Shown piece after piece: positions 13,201 through 26,251 of a stretch of DNA of 64,000 nt. The stretch lies in NCBI GenBank assembly GCA_950097015.1, contig CATNEN010000039.1:8742001-8806000 (forward strand). Direction: 5' to 3'. Both the position numbers and the translations under genes were made by a program. Position 1 is the stretch's first letter. Each line of letters begins with the position of its first letter. The notes beneath the pieces are model-generated. The model did not search any database. It was not told the origin of the DNA and saw only the letters and a program-made list of their open reading frames with translations. The DNA comes from Macrostomum hystrix (taxonomy: Eukaryota > Animalia > Platyhelminthes).

Positions 13201-14242
13201 GGCTAGCCCACATAGTTCAATAACTTTAATAGGCCTTTTCAATAGGCCTTTTTTATTGCAAAAATTGGTCTTATATTTAATAATCTGTTGTCTGGTGGGA
13301 GTGTTAACTGTGTTTTTTCTAGGGGGCCTACAGTGTCCCCTAGTTATTTTCCTAATTTGCCAATAAAAATGCACTATTTAAGTTGAGTATTGCAACTTTC
13401 TAATCTCCTCTGTTGAGGACTTAAGCTCTTGAGATTTCAATGCCACATCTACACAATGGATGGATACAGGTCGTTTTGGTGACAAATAGTTGTTTCGGAG
13501 ACAAGCTGTTTTGGTAACAAAGAATTCTTACAAGCACACGTATGGTAGAAGTGTTTCATTTGAAATTGCTTGAATTATTATTTCTAATTTCGATTTGGTT
13601 TTTTTTCATTTTAGCAAAAATATACAAAGTTAAACATAGGGTTTTCATGACCTACCACACTTGTTGCAGGGATATACTCTGTGAGTCCCTTTTGATGTCA
13701 CCACTTGGCACCAATGGTTACTGCCTCAGTCCATCTGCAAACATCTTAGGCTGCAACAAACAAATCTCATGGATCATTCATTTGTGCCAATTGACCATTG
13801 ACCATTGTGCCAATTCACCTGAGAAAAATTGACCATTGAGGCCAGATCCGATTTCTATACACATCATTTTATAGTGCAGATTCAAATTTATTTATCCTGT
13901 TCTGTAAATAAACAAAAGATACTTTATCTGTTAAAAATTAAATAATAACTACATCTCTCAATCAATGAATGTCATCATAGTAAATTATATATATTATTGT
14001 TTGTACACAGGACTAATTTTGCATGTCACCACAACAACTTTAGCATGTAATTTATTTTTTTGAAATATTATTAGCAAAATCGCAAAATAGTTTACATTGT
14101 AACTACAAAAATCGAAATAGCTAGCTAATATTAAATTAGCCTTAGGCAGACAGTCTTAAAGACAACTTATATAGATTAATTGGTGACTAATCACACAATA
14201 TAGTGGTACCTAATGTGTACAAATTAATTTGTTTCTCTTCAG

Positions 14243-17200
14243 GATTCCTCTATTCCTGCAGAGTTTGCTGCCAAGTCAGACGATGAGGCGAGTCAATACG
14301 CTGACAGCTTCAATGATCTAATTAGATTCATTGAAACGGCTCTAGATATTCACAAGGTAAAGTTATGATTTACTACTTAAATTTGGCATATATGAGTAAC
14401 TCTTACAGATGACCTTTAACATCTTATTAAAAACCTGCCAGCCTGAACTATCCGGCATTCTCTACCCGGTGTTTGTACACCTGTACCTGCGCCTTGTGTC
14501 TGGCGATTACTCGGCCGAAGCTGTTGCCTTCTACAACCGGTTCGCGCCGGCCCTGCCAGCCTATCACCGAGGCGAAGAAGCTGGCGGAGACGCCGAAGGT
14601 AGCGGCCACCTGCAGCAGCTGCGAGCTGTGACCAGAGCTGGCCAGGTGGCCGCCAGCCCACTGTTGGAAGGATTCCGCTCTGGACAATACACCGTGGCGT
14701 TGTGCAGGTGAATTAACAAGGGGAAGTAAGTAGAGCGAGAGGGGGCTGAGTGGCAGAGCGATCTCTCGCACCAAGGTCCCTAAGCTCGATTCCGCGGCAA
14801 AGCCACATTCATAAGCTCTTGAGGGCCAACCTCCAAGGCACAGTGAGAGTGTACACGGCCTGTGTGAGCGTGTGCCTGCGTACAGTATTTTTGTGCGTGT
14901 GTACTCAGGAGTCAGCGGAATGTGCAGAATTGCCTTCTCCCGAAAGTATAAATTTTGTACTTTTACTTGTTGCAGACGTTTGGTTCAAAGCTTTGCATTG
15001 TCTCGAATTAACAAAATTTTGGCGCCATTTGAAAGTTTTTTCTTTCAGCGCGACTTAATCTGCGATCTATTTGTATCATCCGTGTGTATTATAAAATATT
15101 TGTGCATTTTAGTTAAAGGAAGATCAGCCATAGACTTACAGAAGCTCAAATATGTATCATTAAATTTCCCTTCTATCAAATGTCTATGGCCAAAAATACT
15201 TAAAATTGGTCGCTTTGGCCACTAAACTTGCTTCTTTGCAATTTCTCCGTCGTTTTAGCGGCCATAGATTATTGAATAAGCAGGAGATGTTATATGCAGA
15301 TTCGAGGTTCTCTACGTCTATGGCTGATCTTCCTATACTTAAATGTAAGTTGGATTTGTATTTTACCAAATCGATCACTGCTAAAGCGACACCACTCGCA
15401 GCTGCTAGCCTGAATCAAACAAGCACTCATGTTGCACTGCATAATTTTACTTTTTCTAAAGGGACAGCCATCGGCTTCTCAAGCAGTTCCTAGCCGAGCG
15501 ACCCGGCCAGCCGGTTGACTCCGCTATGGATCACGTGATCGTCGAAGAGCTCGAAGGTCCGCCCCGTTCCCGACTAGCCGTTGAAAGCCGTCGCGGCGCC
15601 TTTATGGGCGAAGCTGGACGCGAAGCGAATCGAACTCGCGTCCTCTACGCGGTTGCTAGGGACGCTATGGAGAGCGCGGGCCAGGGCCAGCAGGGAGGCG
15701 GCGCAGGCGGTGGCAGCGGTGCAGCTAACAACGGCTTGGACGATTCGGCAACTGGCGTCGGCGGCGGAGGCGGCGATGCGGATGACGATGGTCCAAAGAA
15801 GAAGAAGGGAAAGAAAGACCAGGTTGGTGACGTCATTCTTTTCAAATTTCTTTAGCCAATGAACCCAGGACAAAAGCATTTTTTTCTCAGACTGCGGGCA
15901 AGAAGGCCAGGCCGGATCCGAACGCGCCGGCGCCAGATCGAATTCCGCTGCCGGAGCTGCGAGATCGGGATCGCACCGAACGGCGTCAGCGAATTCGCGA
16001 CCTACAGAAGCGCCAACGTCTGGGGCCGCAGGCGCTGCCTTCCTGCTGTCTGTACACGGCGCACAACAGCTCCGACGAGCGAGTGACCGCCTGCGACATC
16101 AGTGAAGATGGCCTGCTGCTGTGCTGCGGCACTGAGCACTCCACTATTAAGGTTTGGCCTGCTTTTTTCTTCTTCTTCTTGTTACTTTAAGTAGACTCAA
16201 CACCTATTCGAACATACTAATCCGCGCATTACACAGGCCTGGGCTTTATCCGCTCGAGACGGCCTGCAAGAACTTCTGTCAGCCGAAGAGCTTGACAAGC
16301 TCGACACAGCCGACGACGCTGTTCACCTGAGAATGCTGGCTGACAAGCACAGCATGTGCCGCCAGCTGCTAGGGCACTCGGGGCCCATCTACTCTGTGTC
16401 GATTGCGCCCAATAAGCAGCTGCTGGTGAGTCTCCCCACTCCTCAACCAACCACCTCACTTCTCAATGGACCACCTCACTTTTTAACCAACCACCCCACT
16501 CTTTAACCAACCACCCCACTCTTTAACCAACCACCCCACTCTTTAACCAACCACCTCACTGCTCATCCAACCACCTCACTCCTCAACCGACCACCTCACT
16601 CCTCAGCCAACCACCTCACTCCTTAAACAACCACCTCACTCCTTAACAGACCCCTTACTCTCTGACCGACCAATCTTCGACCGCTTACCTCACTCTTTAT
16701 CCATCAACCTCACTCCTCAATCGATCACCTCACTCCTCAACTGACTACCTCCCTCTTCAGCCATCAACCACCTCACTCTTCAACCATCAACCTCACTCCT
16801 CAATCGATCACCTCACTCCTCAACTGACTACCTCCCTCTTCAGCCATCAACCACCTCACTCTTCAACCATCAACCTCACTCCTCAACCGACCACCTCACT
16901 CCTCAACTGACCACCTCACTCTTCAGCCATCAACAACCTCACTCCTCATCCGACCACCTCATTTCTCATCCAGCCACCTCACTCCTCAAACGACTACCCA
17001 CTTATCAACTAACCGCCTTACTCCTCTATCGCACGCTTCAATCGTCTACCTATTACACCAATCTTGCATTATCCGCAACGCAGTGATAATTTCGATGAAT
17101 TCGTTTTCGAATCTAAAGGTGTCTGGGTCCTCGGACGCCACAGTTCGACTTTGGTCGCTGCAGCTCTGGTCCTGCCTGGTCGTGCTGCGCGGTCACCACG

Positions 17201-18410
17201 AGCCCGTCTGGTCCGTTCGCTTCTCACCACTAGGCCACTACTTTGCCAGCGGCGGCGCTGACTGGGTTGCTAGACTGTGGGCTACCGACCACTGCAGCCC
17301 ATTGCGCCTGTTCTGTGGCCACCTTGGTGATGTTGATTGTGTCAAATTTCATCCCAATGGCAACTATGTGGCCACCGGCAGCTCCGACGGCATGGTTCGA
17401 CTCTTCGACGCCCTCAATGGCCGCTGTGTTCGCGTCCTCTCCGGTCACAAGGGCGCCCCGGCCAGTCTAGACTTTAGCGGCTGCGGCAGGTTCCTTGTTA
17501 GCGGCTGCACTAGGGGCGGCCTCATTGTGTGGGACCTTGCCGTCACTGGCGGATTAGCACAGGTGAAAAAACTCGCTGTCAAAAAGTTAAATCGTTTAAT
17601 TTACATTCACTTGAAACTTCGTCAACCATGCTGATTATTCGGTCCCGCATTATCTTAATGCGCCTAACTACGACATTATACCGCCTAGCTCCCACCTCAC
17701 TCCGCCCTAACTCCTAGCTCAATCTCTAGCCCCACCTCACTCCGCCTAGCTCCCACCTCACGCCGCCTAAACCCACCTCACTCCGCCCCAACTCCTACCT
17801 TAATCTCTAGCCCAACCTCACTCCGCCCCAACTCCTATCTCAATCTTTAGCCCCACCGCACTCCGCCTAGCACCCACTTCACGCCGCCTCAACTCCCACC
17901 TCACTCCGCCTCAACTCCCACCTCCCTCCGCCTAGCTCACTCCCTTAGTGTAAGCTCTTCTTACACTATCTACTTGAATATTTTGCGGGTTTCACAGCTT
18001 CAGACTTCTCTCCGTCACCTATAATATCTGGCCGACACCTCGCGCATTTGCAGGTCGCCCACTTCAGCCGAGCGCACGACAGCTGCGCTGGCGGCGGTGT
18101 CACCTGCCTGGCGATCTGCCGCGACTCCCAGTTGTTAGCCACTGGCGGTTTGGACTCTGTAGTCCGACTTTGGGATTTCGCCAAGCTGACCGCCGCCGCC
18201 GCTCCCGTGGCCTCATCAGCTGCTGCTCAGCAACAACAGCAGCAGCAGCAGGCCTCGCTGCCACCGCCGCCCACGCCGCCAACCTGCCAGTACGACGCGG
18301 CTTCCGCCTTTCTCAAATCGCTGCACACGAAGCGAACCCCGCTTCTGGCGCTGCACTTTAACAGGACTAATGTGCTTTTAGCAGCCGGATATTTTAACTC
18401 CGACGATTAA
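14243..18410 (+). CDS. TAF5: TFIID subunit 5 (NTD2 + WD40); exons 14243-14356, 14442-14707, 15462-15822, 15891-16151, 16237-16425, 17119-17562, 18054-18410; start exon not located
   Basis: FIETALDIHK/PELSGILYPVFVHLYLRLV, GEAGREANR, DPNAPAPDRIPLPEL, LPSCCLYT, FSPLGHYFASGG, FHPNGNYVATGSSD, TKRTP match TAF5; all junctions GT-AG and phase-consistent. Confidence 0.93.
14738..14945 (+). mobile_element. tRNA-derived SINE-like element, copy A
   Basis: A-box-like gagtggcagagcg, B-box-like ctcgattcc; body gtgtacac...ctcaggagtcagcggaatgtgcagaattgcc shared with copies at 37797, 53110, 58210 and partly 60080. Confidence 0.7.
15117..15334. mobile_element. MITE with terminal and nested internal inverted repeats (Kolobok-like TTAA-AGG end)
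   Basis: ttaa|aggaagatcagccatagac ... gtctatggctgatcttcct; inner pair tctatggcc/ggccataga; right TTAA degenerate. Confidence 0.65.
16435..17030. repeat. ~20-bp C/A-rich minisatellite in TAF5 intron
   Basis: unit ccacctcactcctcaaccaa, starts ~10 nt after the donor. Confidence 0.88.
17685..17940. repeat. degenerate ~20-bp minisatellite in last TAF5 intron
   Basis: cccacctcactccgcctag. Confidence 0.8.
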
Positions 18411-18615
18411 GCTTATTTGATGCGACTCCCTGTTCTCAATTAGCCTGTAACCTACTTTTCTGCTTCTTGTTCCTGTTCCTTTAGCTGCTTGTTGTTTGTA
18501 ACAAATAAATAAAGTTTGCATTTTATTACCCATTTTTTTGCTGGCTTTGCAACGAACCGCGCGTAAAAAATATTATAACAAATGTGCCTCTGCAACCTGC
18601 TTGTCTGTTTTAGTT

Positions 18616-19209
18616 TCTCCCATCCCCTCTGACTCTCCCACTGACTCTTCCACTGACTCTCCCACTGACTCTCCCACTGACACTCTCATCCCCTCTGACT
18701 CTCCCACTGACACTCCCATCCCCTCTGACACTCCCATCCCCTCTGACTCTCCCACTGACACTCCCATCCCCTCTGACACTCCCATCCCCTCTGACACTCC
18801 CATCCCCTCTGACTCTCCCACTGACACTCCCATCCCCTCTGACACTCCCATCCCCTCTGACACTCCCATCCCCTCTGACACTCCCATCCCCTCTGACTCT
18901 CCCACTGACACTCCCATCCCCTCTGACTCTCCCACTGACTCTCTCACTGACACTCCCACTGACACTCCCATCCCCACTGACTCTCCCATCCCCACTGTCT
19001 CTCCCATCCCCTCTGACTCTCCCACTGACACTCCCATCCCCTCTGACTCTCCCATCCCCACTGACTCTCCCATCCCCTCTGACTCTCCCATCCCCACTGA
19101 CTCTCCCATCCCCACTGACTCTCCCATCCCCACTGACTTTCCCATCCCCACTGACTCTCCCATCCCCACTGACTTTCCCATCCCCACTGACTCTCCCATC
19201 CCCACTGAC
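18616..19209. repeat. 18/12-bp minisatellite downstream of TAF5
   Basis: ctcccatcccctctgaca / ctcccactgact. Confidence 0.92.
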
Positions 19210-20845
19210 CATTGCAGTCCCTTAAATCCACAAGAAAGAGGAAATCTTTACCTTATAACAGAATTGGCACTCCATCAATAGTCGGCATTCTGTAAACACA
19301 GGTCGCGGCCCTGTCAACAATGCAAGTTTTATTTCTATTGGAGGTTTGCAGAGTAGAAACTCCAAAGTGGTGTTGATTTTAATTTCCCAATCTCTCTGAC
19401 CGATGGAGAGGAGCCAGCTGCGGACGGGCGTTTCGTGAGTGTGGAGTATTTGCCGTCGCACGCGAAGCTGAGCTTGAAGAGGATGAAAATAGACGTGACT
19501 GATTGCTGCAGCCACAAGGGGTGGGGCATTTTGTCCAGCTATTTTGCTTGTGAATGCCTTACGCCAGCTGAAGGCCAGAGTTCTTGCCTAGCAACAGACT
19601 AGCCTAGTCGCTCCATCTTGCTATTATTTCTGCGAATAATTTATTATATGCGTTTAGCATTGGCGCCGTTTAAATTCAATTAAGCAGTAATCTGCATCAT
19701 TTTCGAGCATGTTTGCTCATTTAGCTGCGCAGGTTGCCTGGCTGCTTGGCTGTCAGCTGATTGATGAGGCTCAAGATCAGATCGGCCAGCTATTTCGGTC
19801 TCAGATCCTAGCCCGGCCTAGCCAATACTTTTTGTTGCTGTCTGTCTGCCTGTCCGCTGATTCAGGTGGCGGTCGCGGCTGCAGCTGTTCTCGTGTTTGT
19901 CCGGCTCTGCAGCTCAGCCCTTTCGCCGTCATTGGCTGCTTGGCGCGCGTGTGAGAACCGCTGAGCGGGATTTAAGCTGGAGTTTTCACTGCTCGATCCT
20001 CAAATAGAGTTCTCAAAGTGGCGCGCGCTTATCACTCTAAGAAATCTAGCACAGGGGGCGCTTTTCCCACAATCAATCTCTCCACCCCTCCTGTCCCTCT
20101 AGGCGAGAGCTCCGCTGTCTCCCAATCTAAGTTATAAATAGGGCTGATTTTTAGTCCAGTCTTGCTTGGACAAGAAAGTCGGCTTCGACTCTTTGACCCG
20201 GCACTTGCAGTTGGCGAACTTTTTGACCCCGTGAAGCGAACGCATTTGGTGAGTGAGTGTGCATTAAGTTCGGTCAAAATTATCGTTGGCTATTTAATAA
20301 ATTATAATATTAATATTAATAATATTTAATAAATAAACTTGGAGCAATCTGAAAGCAAAAGTAAACTCTGAAACAGACCTTGCTGAAATTGCTATTTTTC
20401 TCGTCAAGAATTTAGTATATTTTGCTCTCATTTTATTTTTTCTTCTTTGTTCTCATTCACACAAAACCTGCACGTTTTGTGTGAATTTTCTACGCTTCCT
20501 CTTTAGTTAGTTCTGGGCCACCTTCAGCAAACAAAAAATTGCCCGGTGAAGTATGTCTGTCTTCTTGAGCACTCTTGAGCGCACAATATTGATAAAGAGA
20601 TCAGCACAATTTTCTTTTAAATCTTTCTTTGTTTGCGTAGAACGCAAGTCAAGAAAAAAGAACTTATTTTACGTTAAAATATCTAAAAATGTAAGAGCCA
20701 GCAAAAAACTAATAAAAATCTGATTCGATCAATATCGATAATTTTTAAATCGATACCAGCAATCGTTCGCTCGTACAAAGCGCCCAATTCTGCTCAGGCA
20801 TCATCCAGGGAAATTTCCCAACATCGCGCTCTTTTACGCAGGGCA

Positions 20846-21445
20846 ATGTCCGGCCAGCAGCCAATAGACGCCACCGTGAAGACGTCGCGACCGCTTCGTC
20901 CGGCCGACTATCCGCCGAACTCTTTCGGCGACTTCTGGCAGCGCAAGCTGCGCACCAGCTTCCGCCGGATGAACCGCAGCGGCTCCGGCCTGTTGACGCG
21001 CGACGATTTTCGGGCCATCGGGGAGGAGATGGTCCGCCTCGGCGGCCTCACCGGCCAGCGGGCCGAGGACGTCAAGGCGGTGATGCTGCGCATTTGGGAC
21101 GACTATTACAGGCCCCGGGAGGGCGGCCCTGGCATCACTGCCGACCAGTACGTGGCGCAGAAGTGCCAGATGGTCAACGGACCGCTGCGCGTTGACGTCA
21201 CCCGCTACGGCCAGGAACTGTTCAAGGCCATGGATCACAACGGCGACGAGAGAATCTCGCGCGAGGAGTACCAGATCTTCACGAAGGCCTGGGGCATTGG
21301 TGACGCGGCGCGCGACGAAATGTTCGAGTTGATGCAGCGCGACGGAAACGTGTCCAAGGAGGACTTCCTGACCGCCCTGGCCGACTTCTACATCAGCGAG
21401 GACCAGTCCTCGCCTTACGCTACACTGTTTGGAGACTTGTGCTGA
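20846..21445 (+). CDS. sarcoplasmic calcium-binding protein (SCP)-like EF-hand protein, 199 aa, intronless CDS
   Basis: FWQRKLRTSFRRMNRSGSGLLTRDDF resembles the annelid SCP N-terminal EF hand; canonical loop DHNGDERISREE; C-terminal YATLFGDL; GC-rich codon usage. Confidence 0.85.
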   Translation: MSGQQPIDATVKTSRPLRPADYPPNSFGDFWQRKLRTSFRRMNRSGSGLLTRDDFRAIGEEMVRLGGLTGQRAEDVKAVMLRIWDDYYRPREGGPGITADQYVAQKCQMVNGPLRVDVTRYGQELFKAMDHNGDERISREEYQIFTKAWGIGDAARDEMFELMQRDGNVSKEDFLTALADFYISEDQSSPYATLFGDLC

Positions 21446-22004
21446 GCTTCAGCGGGCCACTCGGCGCTGCTGCTGACTGTAGCAATTTCCTCGAGAAAGA
21501 TTTTCTAGAAATTTTATTAATAACTACGAAATTTAATATCGAAAGCAATACGTTAACCAAACGTGTTAAACCCTGGTAACTATTTGCCTATCAATTCTGT
21601 TCCTTCAGTTGTCTAAAAAACTAGTTTTGAAAGTATCTTAGCTTCTCCCCTAGCCCGCTATACCCGCTTCCCATTATACTCTGCAAAACTAAAACACTTG
21701 CTTAGCTCGATCTTAAACTCTAAAAGCTGCTTAAATTCTTCTTTGATACCGCCGACATGATTCATGATTTTGAATTCATGCACGCTTGCATAACGCCTGT
21801 TGATGATTCAATCATTCACAGGCTTAATACTTGTATTTTAGTAGCTTTGGTAGAAATATTTAATTAAATGCATAGATTACTCGTCAGTGATAAATATAAT
21901 ACAATATTTAATTAATAACTAAAAATCCAGTAACTTAACACCCATCGACGCAAAACCCAAGGCAGTGAAATATTTTAAGTCAAATATTCTAAGAAGTGTT
22001 TCCG

Positions 22005-22455
22005 AATCCGAACTAACGACAATCCGAACCATAGACAATCCGAACCATAGACAATCCGAACCATAGACAATCCGAACCATAGACAATCCGAATCATAGGC
22101 AATCCGAACCATAGACAATCCGAACCATAGACAATCCGAACCATAGACAATCCTAATTGTTATGTCCTCCTTAGTAGCACCGAAGAAAGCCGTAAGATAG
22201 TGTTTGAGCGTTGGCGGGCTTATGCCACTCATTAGCGTAGCCGCTCCCAAAAAACACTTAATATATTTCTTTGGCTCGCTAGCCGTCTTAAGCATTCAAT
22301 ACTGTAACGAGTATCTAGGGTTTCAACCCTAGACCCTTTTAGAAGCAGCAAGCAAACTAGGCAGCAAGCAAACTAAATCTGTGTCACGTCACAACACTAA
22401 TCATAGACAATCCGAACCATAGACAATCTGGACCATAGACAATCTGGACCATAGA
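22005..22455. repeat. 16-bp minisatellite split by a solo LTR
   Basis: unit atccgaaccatagaca at ~22005-22152 and ~22402-22455. Confidence 0.9.
22158..22396. mobile_element. solo LTR (239 bp) with 5-bp TSD
   Basis: TGTTATG...CACAACA termini; CTAAT at 22153-22157 and 22397-22401. Confidence 0.8.
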
Positions 22456-23191
22456 ACGCACAACCGACCCTTCAGGAGTCCACGAAATGGACTGCATTGT
22501 CTCCTCGCTAGCTGTGGTCATGTTCTAGGATCTGCATAGTCGATTTCAGTAGACTATTACAGTTTCTGTGTCTCCGGGTCGCCAACTGTCGGCAATTGAT
22601 AAGGCATCAGAATCCACACCGCTTAGAGTTAGGGTTAGCTGCATGGCTACAAGTCTTGGCTACACGACCAAGCCGTGGCTTAGTTACATTGTTTTTCTGT
22701 CCGTGGATCAATGTTGTCCTTAAGTTTTTCTTTATTTCTTATCGTTTTGTCTATTGTAGTGTTCAGTGCCGTTCCGGCGGTGTGGAGCGGAGACCCCACA
22801 TGGCCAGCTAAAATTAATTTTTTTCAGAAAAAGTGTATTGTAGTGTATTAAAAGTTTAAACTTATCCCTGAAAAAATGCAATTGATGCACGGGCCATAGA
22901 CGAACAATGCAAATCGAAGTAATGAACGGTCGAATGTCATTTTCAAACTCCTTTAAACTTTTTGAGCTCTCGCTATTGGCTTCTAGGTTTCTATGCTTTT
23001 AAGTATTGTGCAAAAACTCATTTCACTGCTCTGAGATCGCTACTATTTTTGTTTCACTGTCTATGGCCAAGTGCGAGCCAGGCTTTACAAAAGGCAACGA
23101 GGCAGTTGGTTTATTTACGCAATTATTGACAAGTGACGCTTCGACTTTTGTCCCGAGTTTCAAGTCGCTGGTCAACGCATCAGAATTCGGC

Positions 23192-24241
23192 ATGGCGCAG
23201 GTGACCGAAGGCGGGGGGCCCGAGGTGGTCATGAGAGCCGGCGTCATTCTCTACCGCAAAGGCAACGGCTACGAGTTTCTTATGCTGCGCTGCCGCCCCG
23301 AGTCGCCAGACGCCGCTTCGCAGCGCTGGGAGCTGCCGAAGGGCCCGATGGACGAACGACTTGACGACACCCGCCTGGTGGCCCTGCGCAATGTCCACCA
23401 GAGTTCTGGCATCTGGCCGGACTGTTTCAAGCTCCATCGGGATTTTTTGCGCGTGTCCAACTTCTCGGATGGCCAGTGAGTGTAACTCAGTGCAGTGGCC
23501 TGCATGGAGATTGACGTCTTAAATAGCAGGGAGGTTGAGGAAGGTTATAGCCCAGTGGTTATCATTCAGATTCTTATTCCAGGGATATATATTCAGAATC
23601 CCAAAACTCTGGGTAGAAATTGAGTTGGTTTTTGGTTTATATCTGACCAAATTGGTTTAGATGTAATTCTTACCATTCACACAAGCACAGTATTGTCAGA
23701 AACATCTTCCTTTTAGTCAGGGAGTCAGAGTCTTCAACTGTTAGACAGGTAGTCAGTGACGTTTCAACCCTTTTAGACAGGTACCATTCAGAGACGCCAC
23801 CAGCTAGACAGGTACTACACCAGGTAGAGAGATATTTTTGTGTAAGACTTTCTCGCACTGCCTTTTTGTAAGCAATTGTTGCGATTTTACAATACGTGGT
23901 AGAAAAATGTTTTACGATCATGTGTTCTAGCCTCGTTTGATGGCAGTATAACCGGTCGTGTGAAAAATTTACCCACTCTTTCTCGCAGACGCCGAGTTCG
24001 CGAAACCTTCTATCTGGCCGAGATCGACACCAAAACTCGTTCTGGCGACGATATCGTCAGTGAGACGCTGCCAAAGCCATGCCAGCAGCTCTACTGCGGC
24101 TATCAGTGGATGTCTGGCGACCTGGCCAAGATCCGAATTCGGACAGATGAGGGTCGCCTCCTGCTAGGACAGGCGACTGACTTTTTAGAGTCGCAGGAAC
24201 AGGCGAGTGGCTTTCGATCCTTGGTACTTTTGGGTTCATAA
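23192..24241 (+). CDS. Nudix-fold, Ap4A hydrolase (NUDT2)-like protein with degenerate Nudix box; exons 23192-23475, 23989-24241
   Basis: RAGVILYR..YEFLML, WELPKG, ETFYLAE, GYQW resemble NUDT2; phase-2 GT-AG intron joins in frame; in-frame upstream ATG at 23063 also possible. Confidence 0.75.
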
Positions 24242-24465
24242 GAGTTTAGATGAGTTCATATGAATTCATAGAAGTTCAGGGGAGTTCAGAAGAGTTCAGG
24301 GGAGTTCAGGAGAGTTCAGGAGAGTTCAGAAGAGTTCAGAAGAGTTTAGGGGAGTTCAGAAGAGTTTAGAAGAGTTCAGGGGAGCTCATAGGAGTTCAGA
24401 AGAGTTCAGGGGAGCTCATAGGAGTTCAGAAGAGTTCAGGGGAGTTCAGAAGAGTTCAGAGGAGT
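24240..24465. repeat. 10-bp tandem repeat starting at the Nudix stop codon
   Basis: rgagttcagr units. Confidence 0.88.
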
Positions 24466-25810
24466 ACGGTTGCTTGTAGAGGGTTCCATGCTACAGTGTT
24501 TCAGGGGGCGTTTTACTCACTGCGGAAATAGGAGACTTCACAATGTCGAATCGTACGGTATGGAAGTTTTGAGTCTCTTATCTCTGCTGATTTCATCAAT
24601 TCAGTACGATTCGACGTGAAATTTAGGGTCTGTGAAAGCGCCACTGTTCAGGTTCAGTACCTCAGAGTGCTGAGTATTTCTAGTCAATTCATTCCGCAAC
24701 CATTTTTCAGCTCGAAACAGTCTTCAGTGTTCTGGCCAACATCAAATGAAGCATTAAATTACACATTAAATTCTATCAAACAACTAGCGCGAACGGGTTT
24801 TATCTCGAGTGCGCACTAAAAAAAGAATGCTCACATAATGCTACTTAAAGTAAAATTTCAGAATTTTTTTACAAGACGAATGTGAAAACTGTGAATACAC
24901 CATTGTTACGAACGTACAATGTGCGATGTTCGCGATTTCACTCCTTTTTATTTTTAACGCCGGGAGGCAGTTTTAAACAAATAAAATTTTAAGTCAATTT
25001 GAAAATGGTTTAAAAACCATACAAATTTTAAACAATTTGAAAGCAATAATTTTTGCAACATAAAAATTCTAGCAGAAAACAAGAAAGATTAATCCTTACC
25101 TAAAATGATTCTGATTCAAGCAGCTTCAGTTAACACATGAAATTCATGGAGAGAATTGTAGCTGGGCATAACAAGTTTCATGCATCTGTAAAGTGAGTTA
25201 ACTAAGATTTTGAAAGAAAGAAAAAAATGAAACTAGCTAGGCAAGCAGAGAAAATTCAAATTAGGCACAAAACACACGGATAAAAAGATTGTGCACAGAC
25301 TTGTGTCTTCAGTTTGACATACCTAAGTTATCGATCTGTCACTGAGCCATTTTAGAAGGCTAAGTCAACATGTAGTTATAGTAGCGCAAACGATAAAGTT
25401 TTGACGTCCGGTCGGCAAAGCATTCACTGCATGGGCGTAAACTGAACAGGGTGCAGTCTATGAACAGCTCTACACCCTAATAGATGTGGCTGTGCCACTG
25501 CATGTCTGTACATCAAGCCCGATCAGTGTCCAAGTCATTTATAATCATATTGCATGGTTGAAAATTTAGTGTGCAAACGTGGATGGAACTATGGTTAGTA
25601 CATATTCAAGCAAATATAAGTATGATGGTGTTATAATGATGCACGACATTTACAATTATATAAGCTGATAAACAGGGAGAGTAAACTAATGTTCATGAAG
25701 CGCACAATCTACTATGAGCACAATACTGCGTTTCCAAGACGGCTCAATAAAAGTGCTCAGTTGAAGCAATGAGCCTAAAGTGTTGATATGCATGCAATGT
25801 CTGTTTATAG

Positions 25811-25932
25811 TCAACTCAGGGGATTGCAAAGAATATCACTTGTAGAGTACATGGCCCTTTGATAATCTTGCTGTTGCTGTGGCATCTCGGCTGTAATGTG
25901 CCTTGAATCATGACCTCCTGGATTGGCTGGCC

Positions 25933-25967
<35 letters not shown>

Positions 25968-26173
25968 ACCTCATTCTGCTGTGGCTGCTGCTGCGGCTGC
26001 CGTTGTTGGAATGTGCTGTGCTGCTGAAGCTTAGGCGGCTGCATTATGACTCCTGAGCAAGGTGTCGCTCGAATAGGTGTGGGGTGTAGCACGCCGCTGT
26101 GTATCGCTGAAGCTCTGACCGAATCAGCTGAGCCTATGGGGCTTGGTGTCGGCCCTGGTATTCTACAGTAGAA

Positions 26174-26251
<78 letters not shown>

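Noticed and set aside
13669-13679. Possible 11-nt TAF5 microexon (cag|GGATATACTCT|gtgagt)
   Set aside because: Splice motifs only; no homology or start codon support
20830-23195. AG acceptors just upstream of the SCP and Nudix ATGs as trans-splice sites of an operon
   Set aside because: Cannot be distinguished from 5'-UTR cis introns or chance without transcript data
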